From positions 42,181 through 106,180 of the forward strand of contig JAUUDM010000029.1 of assembly GCA_030826765.1 (NCBI GenBank): a stretch of DNA of 64,000 nt. Direction: 5' to 3'. This DNA comes from Nautiliales bacterium. Its GTDB lineage: Bacteria > Campylobacterota > Campylobacteria > Campylobacterales > JAADDX01. The stretch's first letter is position 1; each line of letters starts with the position of its first letter. Under the pieces are notes generated by a model. The model had not been told where the DNA came from. It ran no database searches and worked only from the letters and a program-made list of their open reading frames with translations. Both the position numbers and the translations under genes were made by a program. Below, in pieces: positions 27,771 to 40,981 of the stretch.

Positions 27771-29510
27771 ATGAAAATAATGAAAAAATGGCAAAAGATT
27801 ATAGATGAATTAGATTTTGCTTATCAACCAATTATAAGTTTTGATACTGGAAAAGTTATAGGTTTTGAATCACTTTTGCGAAACACTGAAAAAACTGAAT
27901 TTAAAACAATTGATGAATTTTTTGACAAAGCATATGAAGAAAATATTTTATATGAAGTTGAATTAGAACTGAGAAAAAAAACAATTAAAAAATTTCTAAA
28001 ATATAAAAATCCTAATAAATTTAAACTTTTTTTAAATATAGATAACAGAATTATTAATACAAAAAAATTTGAAACTGGAAAAACTAAAGAATTTTTAAAA
28101 TCTTTAAATGTTGAAGATTCATTTATTACTTTTGAAATATCTGAAAAACATCAAATTAATTCTTTAAAAAATTTAAAAAAACTTTTTCGTCATTATGAAA
28201 AACAAGATTTTCAAATAGCAATAGATGATTATGGATCTGGTTTTTCTAGTATGGAACTTCTTTATCATACGGACCCTGAATATGTTAAAATTGATATGTT
28301 TTTTATCCAAGGTATTGATAAAAATCTAAAAAAACAGATTTTTCTAAAAAAAATAGTAGAAATTTCTCATCTTTTAGGATATTTACTAATAGCGGAAGGG
28401 GTAGAAACTAAAGAAGAATTTTTGTATTGTAAAGATTTAGGAATAGATATGATTCAAGGATATTTCTTAGAAAAACCAAATATCAAACTAAAATCATTAC
28501 CTGATCATTATGAATTAGTGCCAAATTCCAAGAGAATAAAAAAAGAAAATAATGATATTACTGATAATATTGAAATATATCCAAGTATTCACTATAAATC
28601 TCTATTTAGTGAAGTATTTACTATTTTAAAAGAGAATAATTTTGTAGTAGTTGTGGATGATGACAATGTCCCATTAGGTGTATTAGAAGATAGAAAATTA
28701 AAAGAATATATCTACTCACCGTATGGAAACGAACTATTATCTAAAAAAATAATTTTTGATAAAATGGACAAATTTATTACAAAAAGTTATGTAGCAGATA
28801 TTAATGAACCTATAGAAAAGCTTATTCAAATTTTTAGTCATAATAATGGAAATAATTTTTCATCTATCATTATTAAAAAAACTGGAAAATACAAAGGTAT
28901 TTTATCTGCGCAAAAACTATTAGAAATTATTCACAAAAAACAACTTTTTGATGCAAGAGACCAAAATCCTCTTACAAAATTAGGAGGAAATAGTACAATT
29001 AATAAATATATGCAAAAATGTATGAATAAAGATGAAAATTATTTACATATATATTTTGATTTAGACAATTTTAAACCATATAATGATACTTATGGTTTTA
29101 GAAATGGAGATAGAATTATTCTTTTGTTTGCTGATATTTTAAGAAATTTTGCAAATAATAACAAAAATATTATGATAGGACATATTGGAGGAGATGATTT
29201 TTTCTTATCAATTTCTTTAAAAAATAGAGATATTGAAGAAACTTTAAAATTCATTCGAAAAATAATAGAAAAATTCTCGAAAGATGTAATAAGTTTTTAT
29301 AATAAAGATGATATTAAAAAAGGACATATTGAATCAAAAGATAGAGAAGGAAATATAAAAAAATTTAATTTCTTAACTGTTAGTGCTGCTATATTAGAAG
29401 TAAATGGGACTAAATCTAAATTTAAAAATAAATATGGAGATGTTTTAGCAAAACTTAAAAAAGCTGCAAAACACTCTCCTGAACATTATAGCATAGCTAC
29501 ACTTTTATAA
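27771..29510 (+). CDS. EAL phosphodiesterase - CBS pair - degenerate GGDEF (GGDDF) signalling protein
   Basis: EAL-domain residues are intact: ESLLR, NID, EISE, DDYGSG, KID, EGVE, QG. The central region is CBS-like. The C-terminal GGDEF fold shows YFDLDNFKPYNDTYGFRNGD and HIGGDDF. Confidence 0.8.
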   Translation: MKIMKKWQKIIDELDFAYQPIISFDTGKVIGFESLLRNTEKTEFKTIDEFFDKAYEENILYEVELELRKKTIKKFLKYKNPNKFKLFLNIDNRIINTKKFETGKTKEFLKSLNVEDSFITFEISEKHQINSLKNLKKLFRHYEKQDFQIAIDDYGSGFSSMELLYHTDPEYVKIDMFFIQGIDKNLKKQIFLKKIVEISHLLGYLLIAEGVETKEEFLYCKDLGIDMIQGYFLEKPNIKLKSLPDHYELVPNSKRIKKENNDITDNIEIYPSIHYKSLFSEVFTILKENNFVVVVDDDNVPLGVLEDRKLKEYIYSPYGNELLSKKIIFDKMDKFITKSYVADINEPIEKLIQIFSHNNGNNFSSIIIKKTGKYKGILSAQKLLEIIHKKQLFDARDQNPLTKLGGNSTINKYMQKCMNKDENYLHIYFDLDNFKPYNDTYGFRNGDRIILLFADILRNFANNNKNIMIGHIGGDDFFLSISLKNRDIEETLKFIRKIIEKFSKDVISFYNKDDIKKGHIESKDREGNIKKFNFLTVSAAILEVNGTKSKFKNKYGDVLAKLKKAAKHSPEHYSIATLL

Positions 29511-29519
29511 GAAAGAGAA

Positions 29520-30308
29520 TTAATCTCTTCCAAATTCGATAAGTCCTTCGATAGGAGATGAAGCAGTTGCGAAAGGTTTTTTAGCGATTCTTCCAGCTAA
29601 ATAACTTTTTCTACCAGCTCTAACAGCTTCTTTCATAGCTTCTGCCATTAAAATAGGATTTTTTGCCCCAGCAATAGCTGTATTTGTAAGAACTGCATCT
29701 GCTCCAATTTCCATAGCAATTGCCGCGTCACTTGCACATCCAATTCCAGCATCCACTACAACTGGCACTTTTACAGCTTCTTTTACAAATAAAACATTAT
29801 ATCTATTTTGAATACCAAGTCCACTTCCAATTGGTGCAGCAAGAGGCATAACTGCTGCAGCACCTGCATCTTCCATTCTTTTAGCCATAATTGGATCATC
29901 ATTTGTATAAGCCATAATTGTAAAACCTTCTTTTGCCAAAACTTCACATGCTTTTAAAGTTTCCATTACATCTGGATACAGAGTTTTTGCAGTATCTCCA
30001 ATTACTTCAAGTTTAATCAAATCAATTCCAACCGCTTCTTTTACTAATCTAAAAGTAGTAATAGCTTCTTCAGCAGTTGTACAACCTGCACTGTTTGGTA
30101 AGATTTTTACATTTGTATCTTTGAAATAATCCATCAAATTTTCTTCATTTGGATTTGTAATATTTACTCTTCTAACTGCAACTGTAATCATTTCAGCTTC
30201 ACTAGCAAGTGTTGCATCTCTTGTTGTTTGGAAATCTGGATATTTTCCACTTCCTACAATTAATCTACTTGTAAATTCATATTTACCTATTTTTAGAATA
30301 TCACTCAT
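29520..30308 (-). CDS. thiG: Thiazole synthase ThiG
   Basis: 262 aa with a typical ThiG sequence (KLEVIGD..., [11 protein letters not shown]). Confidence 0.9.
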   Translation of the reverse strand: MSDILKIGKYEFTSRLIVGSGKYPDFQTTRDATLASEAEMITVAVRRVNITNPNEENLMDYFKDTNVKILPNSAGCTTAEEAITTFRLVKEAVGIDLIKLEVIGDTAKTLYPDVMETLKACEVLAKEGFTIMAYTNDDPIMAKRMEDAGAAAVMPLAAPIGSGLGIQNRYNVLFVKEAVKVPVVVDAGIGCASDAAIAMEIGADAVLTNTAIAGAKNPILMAEAMKEAVRAGRKSYLAGRIAKKPFATASSPIEGLIEFGRD

Positions 30309-30359
30309 AATCTATCCTTTTTTTTCGAATATTACCACAATTTTTTAAAATATTTCAAA

Positions 30360-30812
30360 TTATTTCCATTCATTTTTCTTTTTTTCTAAAAAATAATACA
30401 AAATAAACATACCAATACTAAAATCTATCATCACATCTGCAAAATTAAATACTGCAAAATTAAAAAGTCCATGATAATAAACATAATCAACTACACCCGC
30501 CCGATTAAATCTATCAAAAATATTACTAATCCCTGCACCAATTAATATTCCGCTAATTATAGGATGTTTTTCTAAAATTTTTTCTTTGTAAATAACAAAT
30601 CCAATTACAAAAATTAAAATCAATTGAATATACTTCAAATACTCTTTTAAAAAGGCAAACATACTAAATGCTACACCTTTGTTATAAACCAAAATCAGAC
30701 TTATCGGGTCGCCATCATATCTAAATCCATTTATAAAAAGTAATTTTATATATTGATCAATTACAAAAATAGCAACTATTGATACTAAAAAAATAATTAA
30801 AGCTTTTTTCAT
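30360..30812 (-). CDS. lspA: Lipoprotein signal peptidase II
   Basis: 150 aa, 4 TM, with motifs [18 protein letters not shown] and FNFAD. Confidence 0.88.
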   Translation of the reverse strand: MKKALIIFLVSIVAIFVIDQYIKLLFINGFRYDGDPISLILVYNKGVAFSMFAFLKEYLKYIQLILIFVIGFVIYKEKILEKHPIISGILIGAGISNIFDRFNRAGVVDYVYYHGLFNFAVFNFADVMIDFSIGMFILYYFLEKKKNEWK

Positions 30813-32137
30813 CCGAGCTTACTTTTGAAAAATTTAACTAAATCATCTAATAATTCTTTTGCTTTTTGTTTATTAGCACCTTCAACTAAAAGTCTAAGTT
30901 TATTTTCAGTCCCTGAATATCTTACAATATGATTATATCCTTCTTTCTCAACTGCATCTAATTTTTCTTGTGCTCCATCTATTTTTTCTAATGGAGTTTT
31001 CTTTATTACATTTATATTTGTTTGTACTTGCGGATATAATTCAAAAAGATTAAACGCCTCACTTGCCTTTTTACCACTTTCTATCAAATAAGCCATTGCT
31101 TGAAGAGCTGACACTACTCCATCACCTGTTTTAGCAAAATCTCCAAAAATTATATGACCTGATTGTTCTCCACCAAAATTCAAATCTTTTTCTTTCATAA
31201 CTTCTAAAACAAATTTATCACCTACTTTGCTTTTATAAGTTTTTATTCCGTGTTTTGCTAAAAAATCAACCAATGCAGAATTACTCATAATCGTTACAGC
31301 AACTGCATCATTTTTAAGTTTTCCTTTGTTATGAAGATATAAAGCTAATGCTCCTAAAAGTTTATCTCCATCAATAATTTCACCTTTTTCATCTACAACA
31401 ACTAATCTATCCGCATCTCCATCAAATGCAAATCCAATATCAGCTCTATATTCTCTAACTTTATTTGCTAAATTTTCTGGATGCATAGCACCACAAGTTT
31501 CGTTAATATTATATCCGTTTGGTTCATCTGCTAAAGTTATTACATCAGCTCCTAATTCATCAAAAACAATAGGTGCAACTTTATAACTCGCACCATTTGC
31601 AGTATCTAAAACTATTCTAAATTTACTTAAATTTTTATCTTTTGGAAAAGATGATTTGATGTGAGCAATATATCTTCCAATAACATCATCGATTCTTTTT
31701 GATTTTCCTATTTCTTTACCAGTTTTTAGTTCAAAATTTTCTTCAAAATAGATTTTTTCGATAGCCTTTTCAACTTCTACATCCAGTTTATTTCCTTTTG
31801 AATCAAAAAGTTTAATTCCATTATCATAAAAAGGATTATGACTTGCACTTATCATTATTCCTGCATCACATCTCATATCTTCCGTCAAAAATGCAACAGC
31901 AGGTGTTGGCATAGGTCCTATTTGAATCACATTATAACCCACAGCAGTTAAACCTGCTACGATTGAATTTTCAATCATATATCCACTTTTTCTCGTATCT
32001 TTTCCTACTAAAATTTTATTTGTTTTAGAATTTTTTCTAAAATACATTCCCATACTCATAGCAAGTTTCATTGCTAAAAATGGAGTTAAAACTTCTCCCG
32101 CTTTACCTCTTACTCCATCTGTTCCAAATAATTTCAT
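30809..32137 (-). CDS. glmM: Phosphoglucosamine mutase
   Basis: Active-site motif [13 protein letters not shown], metal-binding motif FDGDADR, and an N-terminal FGTDGVRG. Confidence 0.92.
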   Translation of the reverse strand: MKLFGTDGVRGKAGEVLTPFLAMKLAMSMGMYFRKNSKTNKILVGKDTRKSGYMIENSIVAGLTAVGYNVIQIGPMPTPAVAFLTEDMRCDAGIMISASHNPFYDNGIKLFDSKGNKLDVEVEKAIEKIYFEENFELKTGKEIGKSKRIDDVIGRYIAHIKSSFPKDKNLSKFRIVLDTANGASYKVAPIVFDELGADVITLADEPNGYNINETCGAMHPENLANKVREYRADIGFAFDGDADRLVVVDEKGEIIDGDKLLGALALYLHNKGKLKNDAVAVTIMSNSALVDFLAKHGIKTYKSKVGDKFVLEVMKEKDLNFGGEQSGHIIFGDFAKTGDGVVSALQAMAYLIESGKKASEAFNLFELYPQVQTNINVIKKTPLEKIDGAQEKLDAVEKEGYNHIVRYSGTENKLRLLVEGANKQKAKELLDDLVKFFKSKLG

Positions 32138-32209
32138 ACAATTCCTTTTTTTAAAAATAATAATATGTTGATATTATACTAAATTTTATTTGTTTTTTTA
32201 AATTTTTTT

Positions 32210-32218
32210 TGATATAAT
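32210..32218 (+). promoter_or_regulatory. Extended -10 element TGaTATAAT upstream of rpsT
   Basis: Exact TGnTATAAT, preceded by a T-rich tract, 37 nt before the ATG at 32255. Confidence 0.5.
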
Positions 32219-32254
32219 GTCACACAAAAACTAAAAATTCAAAGGACTTAGAAA

Positions 32255-32530
32255 ATGGCTAATCATAAATCAGCTAAAAAAAGAATTATTCAAACAATAA
32301 AAAAAACTGAAAGAAATAGATTTTATAAAACAAGAATTAAAAATCTTACAAAAGCAGTAAAAGAAGCAGTAGAAACTGGTGAATTAGAAAAAGCACAAGA
32401 AGCTTTCAAAAATGCAAACAAAAAACTTCACCATTTTGTAAGCAAAGGTATTTTGAAAAAAAATACAGCTGCAAGAAAAGTAAGCAGACTAAACAAACTT
32501 GTAAAAGAATTAGCTCAAAAATCAGCTTAA
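32255..32530 (+). CDS. rpsT: 30S ribosomal protein S20
   Basis: [11 protein letters not shown]... N-terminus. The protein is 91 aa and basic. Confidence 0.92.
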   Translation: MANHKSAKKRIIQTIKKTERNRFYKTRIKNLTKAVKEAVETGELEKAQEAFKNANKKLHHFVSKGILKKNTAARKVSRLNKLVKELAQKSA

Positions 32531-32584
32531 TTTTTTTCCCCTTCCCTTTTTACCAAATTTAATTAAACTCACAAAGGCAATTTA

Positions 32585-33652
32585 ATGCTAAAAGATAAAC
32601 TTCAACCATTTTTAGATAGATATAATAAAATTTCAGAACTCTTATCAGATGAAAAAATCACACAAGATATCAAAAAACTTACAGAACTTTCAAAAGAACA
32701 ATCAGATTTACAAAAAATTGTAGATAAAGCTAATGAATACATACAAACTTTAGAAAATATTGAAGAAAATAAAGAATTACTTTCAGATAAAGAATTAGGT
32801 GAACTTGCAAAAGAAGAACTTAAAGAATTAGAACCAAAAGTTCCTATTTTAGAAGAAGAAATTAAACTCCTACTTTTACCAAAAGATCCAAATGATGATA
32901 AAAATATCTATTTAGAAATTAGAGCTGGAACTGGTGGTGATGAAGCAAGTCTTTTTGTAGCGGATCTGTTTAGAGCATATGTAAGATATGCAGAAAACAA
33001 AAAATGGAAAGTTGAAATTGTTAGCCAAAGTGAAAGTGATGTTGGTGGTTACAAAGAGATAATTTTACTTATAAAAGGTGAAAGTGTTTATTCAAGACTT
33101 AAATATGAGGGTGGAACTCATAGAGTCCAAAGAATCCCTTCAACTGAAAGTCAAGGACGAGTTCATACCTCAGCTGTTACGGTTGCAGTTATGCCAGAAG
33201 TTAGTGATACTCAAATCGAAATCCCAGCAGATGAAATAAAAATAGATGTAATGAGAGCTGGGGGAGCTGGAGGACAGCACGTAAATAAAACTGAAAGTGC
33301 CGTAAGAATGACACATATTCCAACAGGTATTCAAGTTTCTATGCAAGATGAAAGAAGTCAACAAAGAAACAAAGATAAAGCCTTAGCTATTTTAAAAGCG
33401 AGAGTTTTTGAAAAATATGAATCTGAAAGGTTAGCAAAAATTGCAGATACAAGAAAATCACAAGTTGGTTCAGGAGACAGAAGTGGAAGAATTAGAACTT
33501 ATAATTATCCACAAAATAGAATTACAGACCATAGAATTAATTTAACACTTTATAGACTTGAAGCTATTATGAGTGAAGGACTTTTTGATGAAATAATTGA
33601 TCCATTAATTGCACATTATCAAGGAGAAGCCCTTAAAGAAGCTGGACTATGA
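32585..33652 (+). CDS. prfA: Peptide chain release factor 1
   Basis: GGQ motif ([10 protein letters not shown]) and RF1-type tripeptide PST. Length is 355 aa. Confidence 0.92.
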   Translation: MLKDKLQPFLDRYNKISELLSDEKITQDIKKLTELSKEQSDLQKIVDKANEYIQTLENIEENKELLSDKELGELAKEELKELEPKVPILEEEIKLLLLPKDPNDDKNIYLEIRAGTGGDEASLFVADLFRAYVRYAENKKWKVEIVSQSESDVGGYKEIILLIKGESVYSRLKYEGGTHRVQRIPSTESQGRVHTSAVTVAVMPEVSDTQIEIPADEIKIDVMRAGGAGGQHVNKTESAVRMTHIPTGIQVSMQDERSQQRNKDKALAILKARVFEKYESERLAKIADTRKSQVGSGDRSGRIRTYNYPQNRITDHRINLTLYRLEAIMSEGLFDEIIDPLIAHYQGEALKEAGL

Positions 33653-34344
33653 CATTTAATATTTTATTTAATAATGTCAGAGGAGAAAAAGGTTATCAAA
33701 CTTTATGGGGGTTTTCTTGTTACATTCCCGAATTAAATCTACTTTTTGATACTGGAAGTAATGGAAGATTTTTACTTAAAAATGCTAAAAGAATGGGAAT
33801 TGATTTTAAAAAAGTAAAATATCTTTTTATTTCTCATTCTCATTGGGACCATATTGGTGGAATTGATACAGTTATCGAAGAAAATCCAAATATTACAATT
33901 TTTGTACCAAGTTCACTTTCAAAACATTTAATAAAAGATTTAAAAACTTTAGCAAAAGAAGTAATTATAATTAATGATAAATTCTCTGAAATTTTACCAA
34001 ATGTTTACACTACTGGAATTATGCCTCCAATTGAAGAGCAATCAATGGCAATCAATACTCCTAATGGACTAATTATAATAACTGGTTGTGGTCATTCTGG
34101 AATTATAAATATCCAAAATAGAATCAAAGAAAATTTAAATAAAGAAATTTATTATATTTTAGGTGGATTTCATCTACTTAGAAGTTCTAATGAAGAGATT
34201 GAGAAAGTTATTCAAAATCTTGATACAAAATTCATATCCCCTACTCACTGCACAGGTGAAAAAGCTATCAAAATGATTAAAACCAAATTTCAAGATAATT
34301 TTATAAAAGCAGGAGTTGGAAATATAATTAATTTAGAGATTTAA
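33649..34344 (+). CDS. MBL-fold metallo-hydrolase
   Basis: HSHWDHIGG (HxHxDH) motif. Length is 231 aa. The start overlaps the prfA stop (ATGA). Confidence 0.7.
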   Translation: MTFNILFNNVRGEKGYQTLWGFSCYIPELNLLFDTGSNGRFLLKNAKRMGIDFKKVKYLFISHSHWDHIGGIDTVIEENPNITIFVPSSLSKHLIKDLKTLAKEVIIINDKFSEILPNVYTTGIMPPIEEQSMAINTPNGLIIITGCGHSGIINIQNRIKENLNKEIYYILGGFHLLRSSNEEIEKVIQNLDTKFISPTHCTGEKAIKMIKTKFQDNFIKAGVGNIINLEI

Positions 34345-36244
34345 AATAATCTACCCCCCCCACCGATAATTCGGGAGAAAATTCAATAACAAATTCAGCT
34401 CCATTTTCACTATTTTTAGCATAAATATCTGCTTGCATATTTCTTAAAATCATTTTTGACATATATAAACCAATTCCAGTTCCTTGCACACCTTTTGTAG
34501 AAAAATATGGCTCAAAAATTTTATTTATATTATCTGTTTTTATTCCACCACCATTATCTTTGATATATAATTTTTTATTATTTTTATCTAGAATAATAGT
34601 TATTTTACCTTCTTTTATTTTGTTTTCTAAAATTGCATCTTTTGAGTTTGTTATTAAATTCAAAATCACTTGTGCAAATTGATTTTTATACCCAATAACT
34701 TCAAAATCTTCGCCTAAAATTTCTAAATCTATATTATGAGTTTTAAGCTGTGCAGAAACTAAACTACAAACTTTATCTAACTCTTTTTTTATACTAAATT
34801 TTTCTTCTTTTTTATCACTTTTAAAAAAGTTTCTAAAATCATCTATAGTATTCGACATAAATTTAATAGTTTTCATATTTTTTTTGATAAACTCTTCACA
34901 CTCTTCATTTTCTTCACAACATTCAAACATTTCAGGAAGAGATTGAATATAAAGAGCAATAGCATTTAAAGGTTGTCTCCATTGATGAGCAATCATTCCT
35001 ATCATTTCACCCATTTGTGCAAGTTTTGCTTGTTCTTGAAGCATTTTATCTTTTTTTATAGATTCTTTTACTGCTTTATCGATTCTATTTTCCAAATCAT
35101 CTTTATAAATATTAAAAGCTTTTTTTGTTTTTTTTGATAATCTGTATGCAAAAAATAATACAATACTTAAAACTAAAAATAAAACACCAAAAAATATAAA
35201 ATAAAGCATTGTAGTTTCTTTTTCTATTTCTTCTTTTTGTTTATCTATAATTTTATTTATCTCACTTAAATAAACTCCTGTCCCTATAATCCAATTAAAT
35301 TTTGGATAATACTCTACATAAGATATCTTTTCTTCAATTTTATTAGTTTCTGGATTTTTCCAATAATATCTAACAAATCCTCCACCATTTAAAGCAACTT
35401 CTTTAAATCTTTTTGCAAATAAATTTCCTTTTAAATCTTTTAAATTACACCAACTTTTTCCAATTTTTCCCTTTGCATTTGTATCTACTAACATTATACA
35501 ATTTTTAGCATTCATAATAAAAAAATATTGATTTTCCCCATATCTTTTATTGTTAATTTTATTTAATTGTTCTTTTTGAAACTTTTTTAATGAATTATCA
35601 ATATAAAATCCTGTCCCTACTACCCAATTAAGCTCCGGAATATATTTTACAAATACTACTTTTTTATATGCTTTTTTAGTGTTAGTTGGTTTTATATAAT
35701 AAATATTGAAAAACCCTTCTCTATTTTCTTTGATTATTTTTTTACTTTTTTTGAAAACATAAGTTCCTTTTGCATCTTGAAAATTTATCATATTCTTACC
35801 TATTAACTTTTTAAAGGCATGCACTAACATTATATTTGTATCATAATTATAAACAAAATAATAACCATCCCCATTTTTAAATCTAACTGCACTAACTGTT
35901 TGTTTAATTATATTTTTTAGTTGTTCTTTTGATAAATTAGGATTATTTTTAATAACTCTTTTTATAATATTATCTGCTTCATAAACCCTATCTTTTATAT
36001 ATTTTTTTTCTTTGTTTATTAAGTGTTTATAATCATTATCTATTCCAGCAATTGTACTTTTTACTTCCATTTTTGCTAACTCTTTTTTAGAATATAAAAG
36101 TATAGTTTTATAATCATTTAACTCTTTTGCTTTATATTCACTCACAATAAAAAATAAACTTATACCTAAAAGGAGTGCGAATAATAAAAGTGAATAAATT
36201 GGTAATCTTATTATATTTTTTGTTATTTCTTCTGATTTATCCAT
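34328..36244 (-). CDS. Sensor histidine kinase with tandem periplasmic Cache_2-like domains
   Basis: N-terminal TM, then two repeats of the pattern GYYFVY.../YFFIMN... ...W(V/I)IGTG(F/V)Y, then a second TM. H-box is MIAHQWRQPLN. The HATPase domain shows DNGGGI and GTGIGLYMS. No response regulator gene is adjacent. Confidence 0.8.
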   Translation of the reverse strand: MDKSEEITKNIIRLPIYSLLLFALLLGISLFFIVSEYKAKELNDYKTILLYSKKELAKMEVKSTIAGIDNDYKHLINKEKKYIKDRVYEADNIIKRVIKNNPNLSKEQLKNIIKQTVSAVRFKNGDGYYFVYNYDTNIMLVHAFKKLIGKNMINFQDAKGTYVFKKSKKIIKENREGFFNIYYIKPTNTKKAYKKVVFVKYIPELNWVVGTGFYIDNSLKKFQKEQLNKINNKRYGENQYFFIMNAKNCIMLVDTNAKGKIGKSWCNLKDLKGNLFAKRFKEVALNGGGFVRYYWKNPETNKIEEKISYVEYYPKFNWIIGTGVYLSEINKIIDKQKEEIEKETTMLYFIFFGVLFLVLSIVLFFAYRLSKKTKKAFNIYKDDLENRIDKAVKESIKKDKMLQEQAKLAQMGEMIGMIAHQWRQPLNAIALYIQSLPEMFECCEENEECEEFIKKNMKTIKFMSNTIDDFRNFFKSDKKEEKFSIKKELDKVCSLVSAQLKTHNIDLEILGEDFEVIGYKNQFAQVILNLITNSKDAILENKIKEGKITIILDKNNKKLYIKDNGGGIKTDNINKIFEPYFSTKGVQGTGIGLYMSKMILRNMQADIYAKNSENGAEFVIEFSPELSVGGVDYFKSLN

Positions 36245-36437
36245 GAAGTTTTCCTTTTAAATAGTTTTATTTAAAATAATATCATATTTTCATTACAATA
36301 CAATACAATAATAATTGTAAAAACTATTCTACTCAATAAAGCTAAATATATTGTGAAAAATTTAATACTTACGATATAAAAATGAAAAATTATCTAATAA
36401 AAGTTTCGAAAATTTTGATAATAAAGTAAAAGGCCTT

Positions 36438-37298
36438 TTATTCTTCTTTTGATTTTGTTAAAAATATTAGCACAGCTAAAGATAAAATGATAAAAGATAC
36501 ACCACCCATTAAATAAAGGGCATTTATCATTTTTTCATAATTATGAATCGAAATTTTAAATACAATTATTAATGTTTCAATAGAAAGAGCAATTAAAATT
36601 GTTACTAAAAATTTTGTTAATACTTTAATCTCTAATTTTGATTCTTTTGAATAACTTTTAAAAAATACTTCTTGTTCTAAAATAGTTCTTGCTAAATCAA
36701 ATATAGCAAGTCCCAATGTAGTTGCTATAACTGGTTTAAAAATTCCATCAATATTTATATCACTACCTTGTATAAAATGATTTATAAAGTTATATCCACC
36801 ATAAATAATTGTTGAAATTGAAAGTATCATCATAAAAAATCCTGCAATAAAATAAAAACTTTTAATGATTTTACTAAAATAAATATGTTTTTCTATAATC
36901 CCCACGCGTTCAAGTAGCTTTTCTAAATCAAAATCTAAAAAGATTATATTATCCCCATCTTTTTTTGAGACTGTGATACAAAGTGTTCCAGTTGAACTTT
37001 GATAAGGTTTTGTAAAAGCAAAACCATTATTTTTAATTGTAAGTTTATTTATAAGATAACTTCTATCTTTATTTTTTTCATCATTATCACTATTTTTTTT
37101 ATATATATTTGGTGAGATTTGAATATTTGTTTTGGCATCTACTATGTAAATTAATTCAAGAGAGGGGAAAGTTAAAAAAAGTTGTTTATAAAAATCATCT
37201 GATTGATTTTCTAATTTTCCTAAACTTTCAATACTATTTTCTATAAAATTTTCAATCTTTCCTTTATTTTTAATATAAAGATCAATATATTCTTTCAA
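36438..37298 (-). CDS. Uncharacterised membrane protein: ~140-aa soluble N-terminal (Cache/PDC-like?) domain plus 4 TM helices
   Basis: 286 aa. No TM precedes the N-terminal domain. The C-terminal half has four hydrophobic helices. Only 30 nt, with no hairpin, separate it from the upstream amt stop, and an AAAGGA RBS is present. Confidence 0.6.
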   Translation of the reverse strand: MKEYIDLYIKNKGKIENFIENSIESLGKLENQSDDFYKQLFLTFPSLELIYIVDAKTNIQISPNIYKKNSDNDEKNKDRSYLINKLTIKNNGFAFTKPYQSSTGTLCITVSKKDGDNIIFLDFDLEKLLERVGIIEKHIYFSKIIKSFYFIAGFFMMILSISTIIYGGYNFINHFIQGSDINIDGIFKPVIATTLGLAIFDLARTILEQEVFFKSYSKESKLEIKVLTKFLVTILIALSIETLIIVFKISIHNYEKMINALYLMGGVSFIILSLAVLIFLTKSKEE

Positions 37299-37328
37299 AA
37301 AATATCCTTTAATTTAAAGAAGAAAGAA

Positions 37329-38973
<1,645 letters not shown>

Positions 38974-39009
38974 TTATAATATTATTTAGATTAATTTTTA
39001 TATAGATAG

Positions 39010-39028
39010 TTGCTTAAATTTTAAGCAA
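39010..39028. promoter_or_regulatory. 19-bp perfect palindrome TTGCTTAAA-T-TTTAAGCAA upstream of glnK-amtB (same dyad as 21690..21706)
   Basis: The 17-bp core at 39011..39027 is identical to the site at 21690..21706. It lies 32 nt from the minus-strand TATAAT (38978..38973) and 65 nt upstream of the glnK ATG. Confidence 0.6.
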
Positions 39029-39096
39029 TCAGAAGAATAAATTATAAATATTGGAATTTGTTAAATTATTTTAAAAATGGAGAAAATGGAGAAAAA

Positions 39097-39477
39097 TTAA
39101 GAAAGTTTAGAAAAATACTCCTCCAAATTAATTTTATGAAATAGATTTGGATACTCTGTTTTTACTTTTTCAACAGCTTTATCAAGAGGTAAATTTTCTT
39201 CTTCCATCTCTTTTTTGACAACCAATTTAACATCATCAAAATCAATAGGAAATTCATTCATTATTTTAGCTTCAATTTTGTATTCTAAATTTTCTTCTAA
39301 AATATTTCTTAAAAGAAGAATAAGTTTATCATATTGCTCTTCTTCAAGTAAAACATAATTTTTACCTTCACTTTCAATTAACCAAGGCTTCTCTTCTAAA
39401 TCCCCCTCAATTAATTCAACATCAATATTTTTTATTTTTACTTTTGTTTTAGGGTCTAAATTTAATTCATTAACCAA
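39097..39477 (-). CDS. Small acidic hypothetical protein (possibly epsilonproteobacterial UPF0763/DUF2603 family)
   Basis: 126 aa, rich in Glu/Lys/Leu. The segments PIDFDDV and EYPNLF resemble my recollection of UPF0763 proteins. The start overlaps the argF stop by 16 nt. Confidence 0.45.
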   Translation of the reverse strand: MVNELNLDPKTKVKIKNIDVELIEGDLEEKPWLIESEGKNYVLLEEEQYDKLILLLRNILEENLEYKIEAKIMNEFPIDFDDVKLVVKKEMEEENLPLDKAVEKVKTEYPNLFHKINLEEYFSKLS

Positions 39478-40373
39478 ACCATCAATCCTTTTTGAGCGTG
39501 TAATCTATTTTCTGCTTCACTAAATATTTCATCTGCGTGAGATTCAAAAACTTCTTCACTCACTTCATAACCTCTATAAGCTGGAAGGCAATGTAAAAAC
39601 AGAGCATCATCTTTTGCTAAACTCATAAGTTCATCATTTACTTCATAGCCTTTAAAATCTTTAATTCTTTTTTCTTTTTCTTCTTCTTGTCCCATACTTA
39701 CCCAAGTATCAGTTGTAACTACATCAGCATCTTTTACTGCTTCTTTTGGGTCATTTGTATAAATTAATTTTGCTCCACTCTCTTTTGCGAACTCTTCACA
39801 CATCTCTTTTACATCATCAAGAGGTTCATAACCTTTTGGAGTGGCAATTCTAAGTTCAAGTCCAAGTTTTGAAGCTAAAATCATCCAAGAGTGAGTCATA
39901 TTATTTCCATCACCTACATAGGCACAAACCCCGTTTTCTTTTTGAAACTCAATCATTGTCATATAATCTGCTAAAAGTTGCACTGGATGATATTTATCAG
40001 TAAGTCCATTAATTACAGGTACTTTTGAAAAAGAGGCAAATTCTTCTAATCTATCTTGACCAAAAGTTCTAATCATAATCAAATCTACCATTCTTGAAAT
40101 AACTCTTGCAGTATCTTTGATAGGTTCACCTCTTCCTAATTGAATATCTTTACTTGAAAGAAAAAGACCATTCCCTCCAAGTTGATTAATTCCAGTTTCA
40201 AAAGAAACTCTCGTTCTTGTTGAACTTTTTTCAAAAATCATAGCTAAATTAATATTTTTAAGATATGGTTGAAAAATTCTGTTTTTTGTCTCTTTTTTAA
40301 TTTTTAATCCAACATTTATAATTTCAATAATTTCTTCTTTTGTAAAATCTTTTAGACTTAAAAAATGTCTCAC
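39462..40373 (-). CDS. argF: Ornithine carbamoyltransferase
   Basis: Motifs [13 protein letters not shown] and HCLPA. I place the start at the GTG at 40373 (giving MRHFLSL..., the usual OTCase N-terminus, with AAGGAA 7 nt upstream). The track ATG at 40436 would add 21 atypical residues and overlap the ribA start. Confidence 0.85.
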   Translation of the reverse strand: MRHFLSLKDFTKEEIIEIINVGLKIKKETKNRIFQPYLKNINLAMIFEKSSTRTRVSFETGINQLGGNGLFLSSKDIQLGRGEPIKDTARVISRMVDLIMIRTFGQDRLEEFASFSKVPVINGLTDKYHPVQLLADYMTMIEFQKENGVCAYVGDGNNMTHSWMILASKLGLELRIATPKGYEPLDDVKEMCEEFAKESGAKLIYTNDPKEAVKDADVVTTDTWVSMGQEEEKEKRIKDFKGYEVNDELMSLAKDDALFLHCLPAYRGYEVSEEVFESHADEIFSEAENRLHAQKGLMVWLMN

Positions 40374-40423
40374 AATAATTTCCTTAAATTTTTTGTTATA
40401 ATTATACCAAAAAGGATAATTAA

Positions 40424-40981
40424 TTGAAAACTTCAAAAATTGCTAATCTTCCTACAAAATTTGGTCAATTTAAAATTCAATCTTTTATAGAAAATGATAA
40501 AGAACATTTAGTCATTTTTAAAAAACCTTTTGGAGAAATTCCAATAGTTAGAGTTCACAGTGAATGTTTAACAGGTGATGCATTAGGAAGTTTAAAATGC
40601 GATTGTGGTGAACAACTACAAACTGCTCTAAAATTAATTGAAGAAAATGGTGGAATGGTAATTTATCTTAGACAAGAAGGTAGAGGAATTGGGCTTTTTA
40701 ATAAAGTAAATGCCTATAATCTTCAAGATAACGGAGCTGATACAGTTGAAGCCAATCATCAATTAGGTTTTTCAGCTGATATGAGAAATTTTGATATTGT
40801 AAGTAAAATCTTAAAACACTTCAACATCTCAAAAATAAAACTTTTAACAAACAATCCAAAAAAAATAGAAGAACTTAAAGATATTGAAATTATCGAAAGA
40901 ATTCCTATAAAAATAGAGCCAAATAAATTTAATGAGAATTATCTAAAAACTAAAAAAGAAAAAATGGGACATATGCTGTGA
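40424..40981 (+). CDS. ribA: GTP cyclohydrolase II
   Basis: Zinc motif [21 protein letters not shown] plus [11 protein letters not shown]. Length is 185 aa. The start is TTG with an AAAGGA RBS. Confidence 0.88.
   Translation: MKTSKIANLPTKFGQFKIQSFIENDKEHLVIFKKPFGEIPIVRVHSECLTGDALGSLKCDCGEQLQTALKLIEENGGMVIYLRQEGRGIGLFNKVNAYNLQDNGADTVEANHQLGFSADMRNFDIVSKILKHFNISKIKLLTNNPKKIEELKDIEIIERIPIKIEPNKFNENYLKTKKEKMGHML

Noticed and set aside
30309-30359. Looked for riboswitches or leaders (TPP upstream of thiG, FMN upstream of ribA, glmS-type near glmM, T-box or attenuator upstream of thrC/gltX)
   Set aside because: The upstream spacers are only about 45-75 nt long and lack the conserved cores (for example CTGAGA for TPP). 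There is no room for these elements.
36293-36320. ACAAT x3 tandem repeat flanked by the 7-bp inverted repeat TTACAAT...ATTGTAA, upstream of the Cache histidine kinase gene
   Set aside because: It could be a regulator binding site, but it occurs only once in the window and I have no independent support. I note it here only.
39061-39096. Tandem repeat AATGGAGAA x2 just downstream of the 126-aa ORF
   Set aside because: There are only two copies, with no hairpin or coding potential beyond a 7-codon frame. It is probably incidental.
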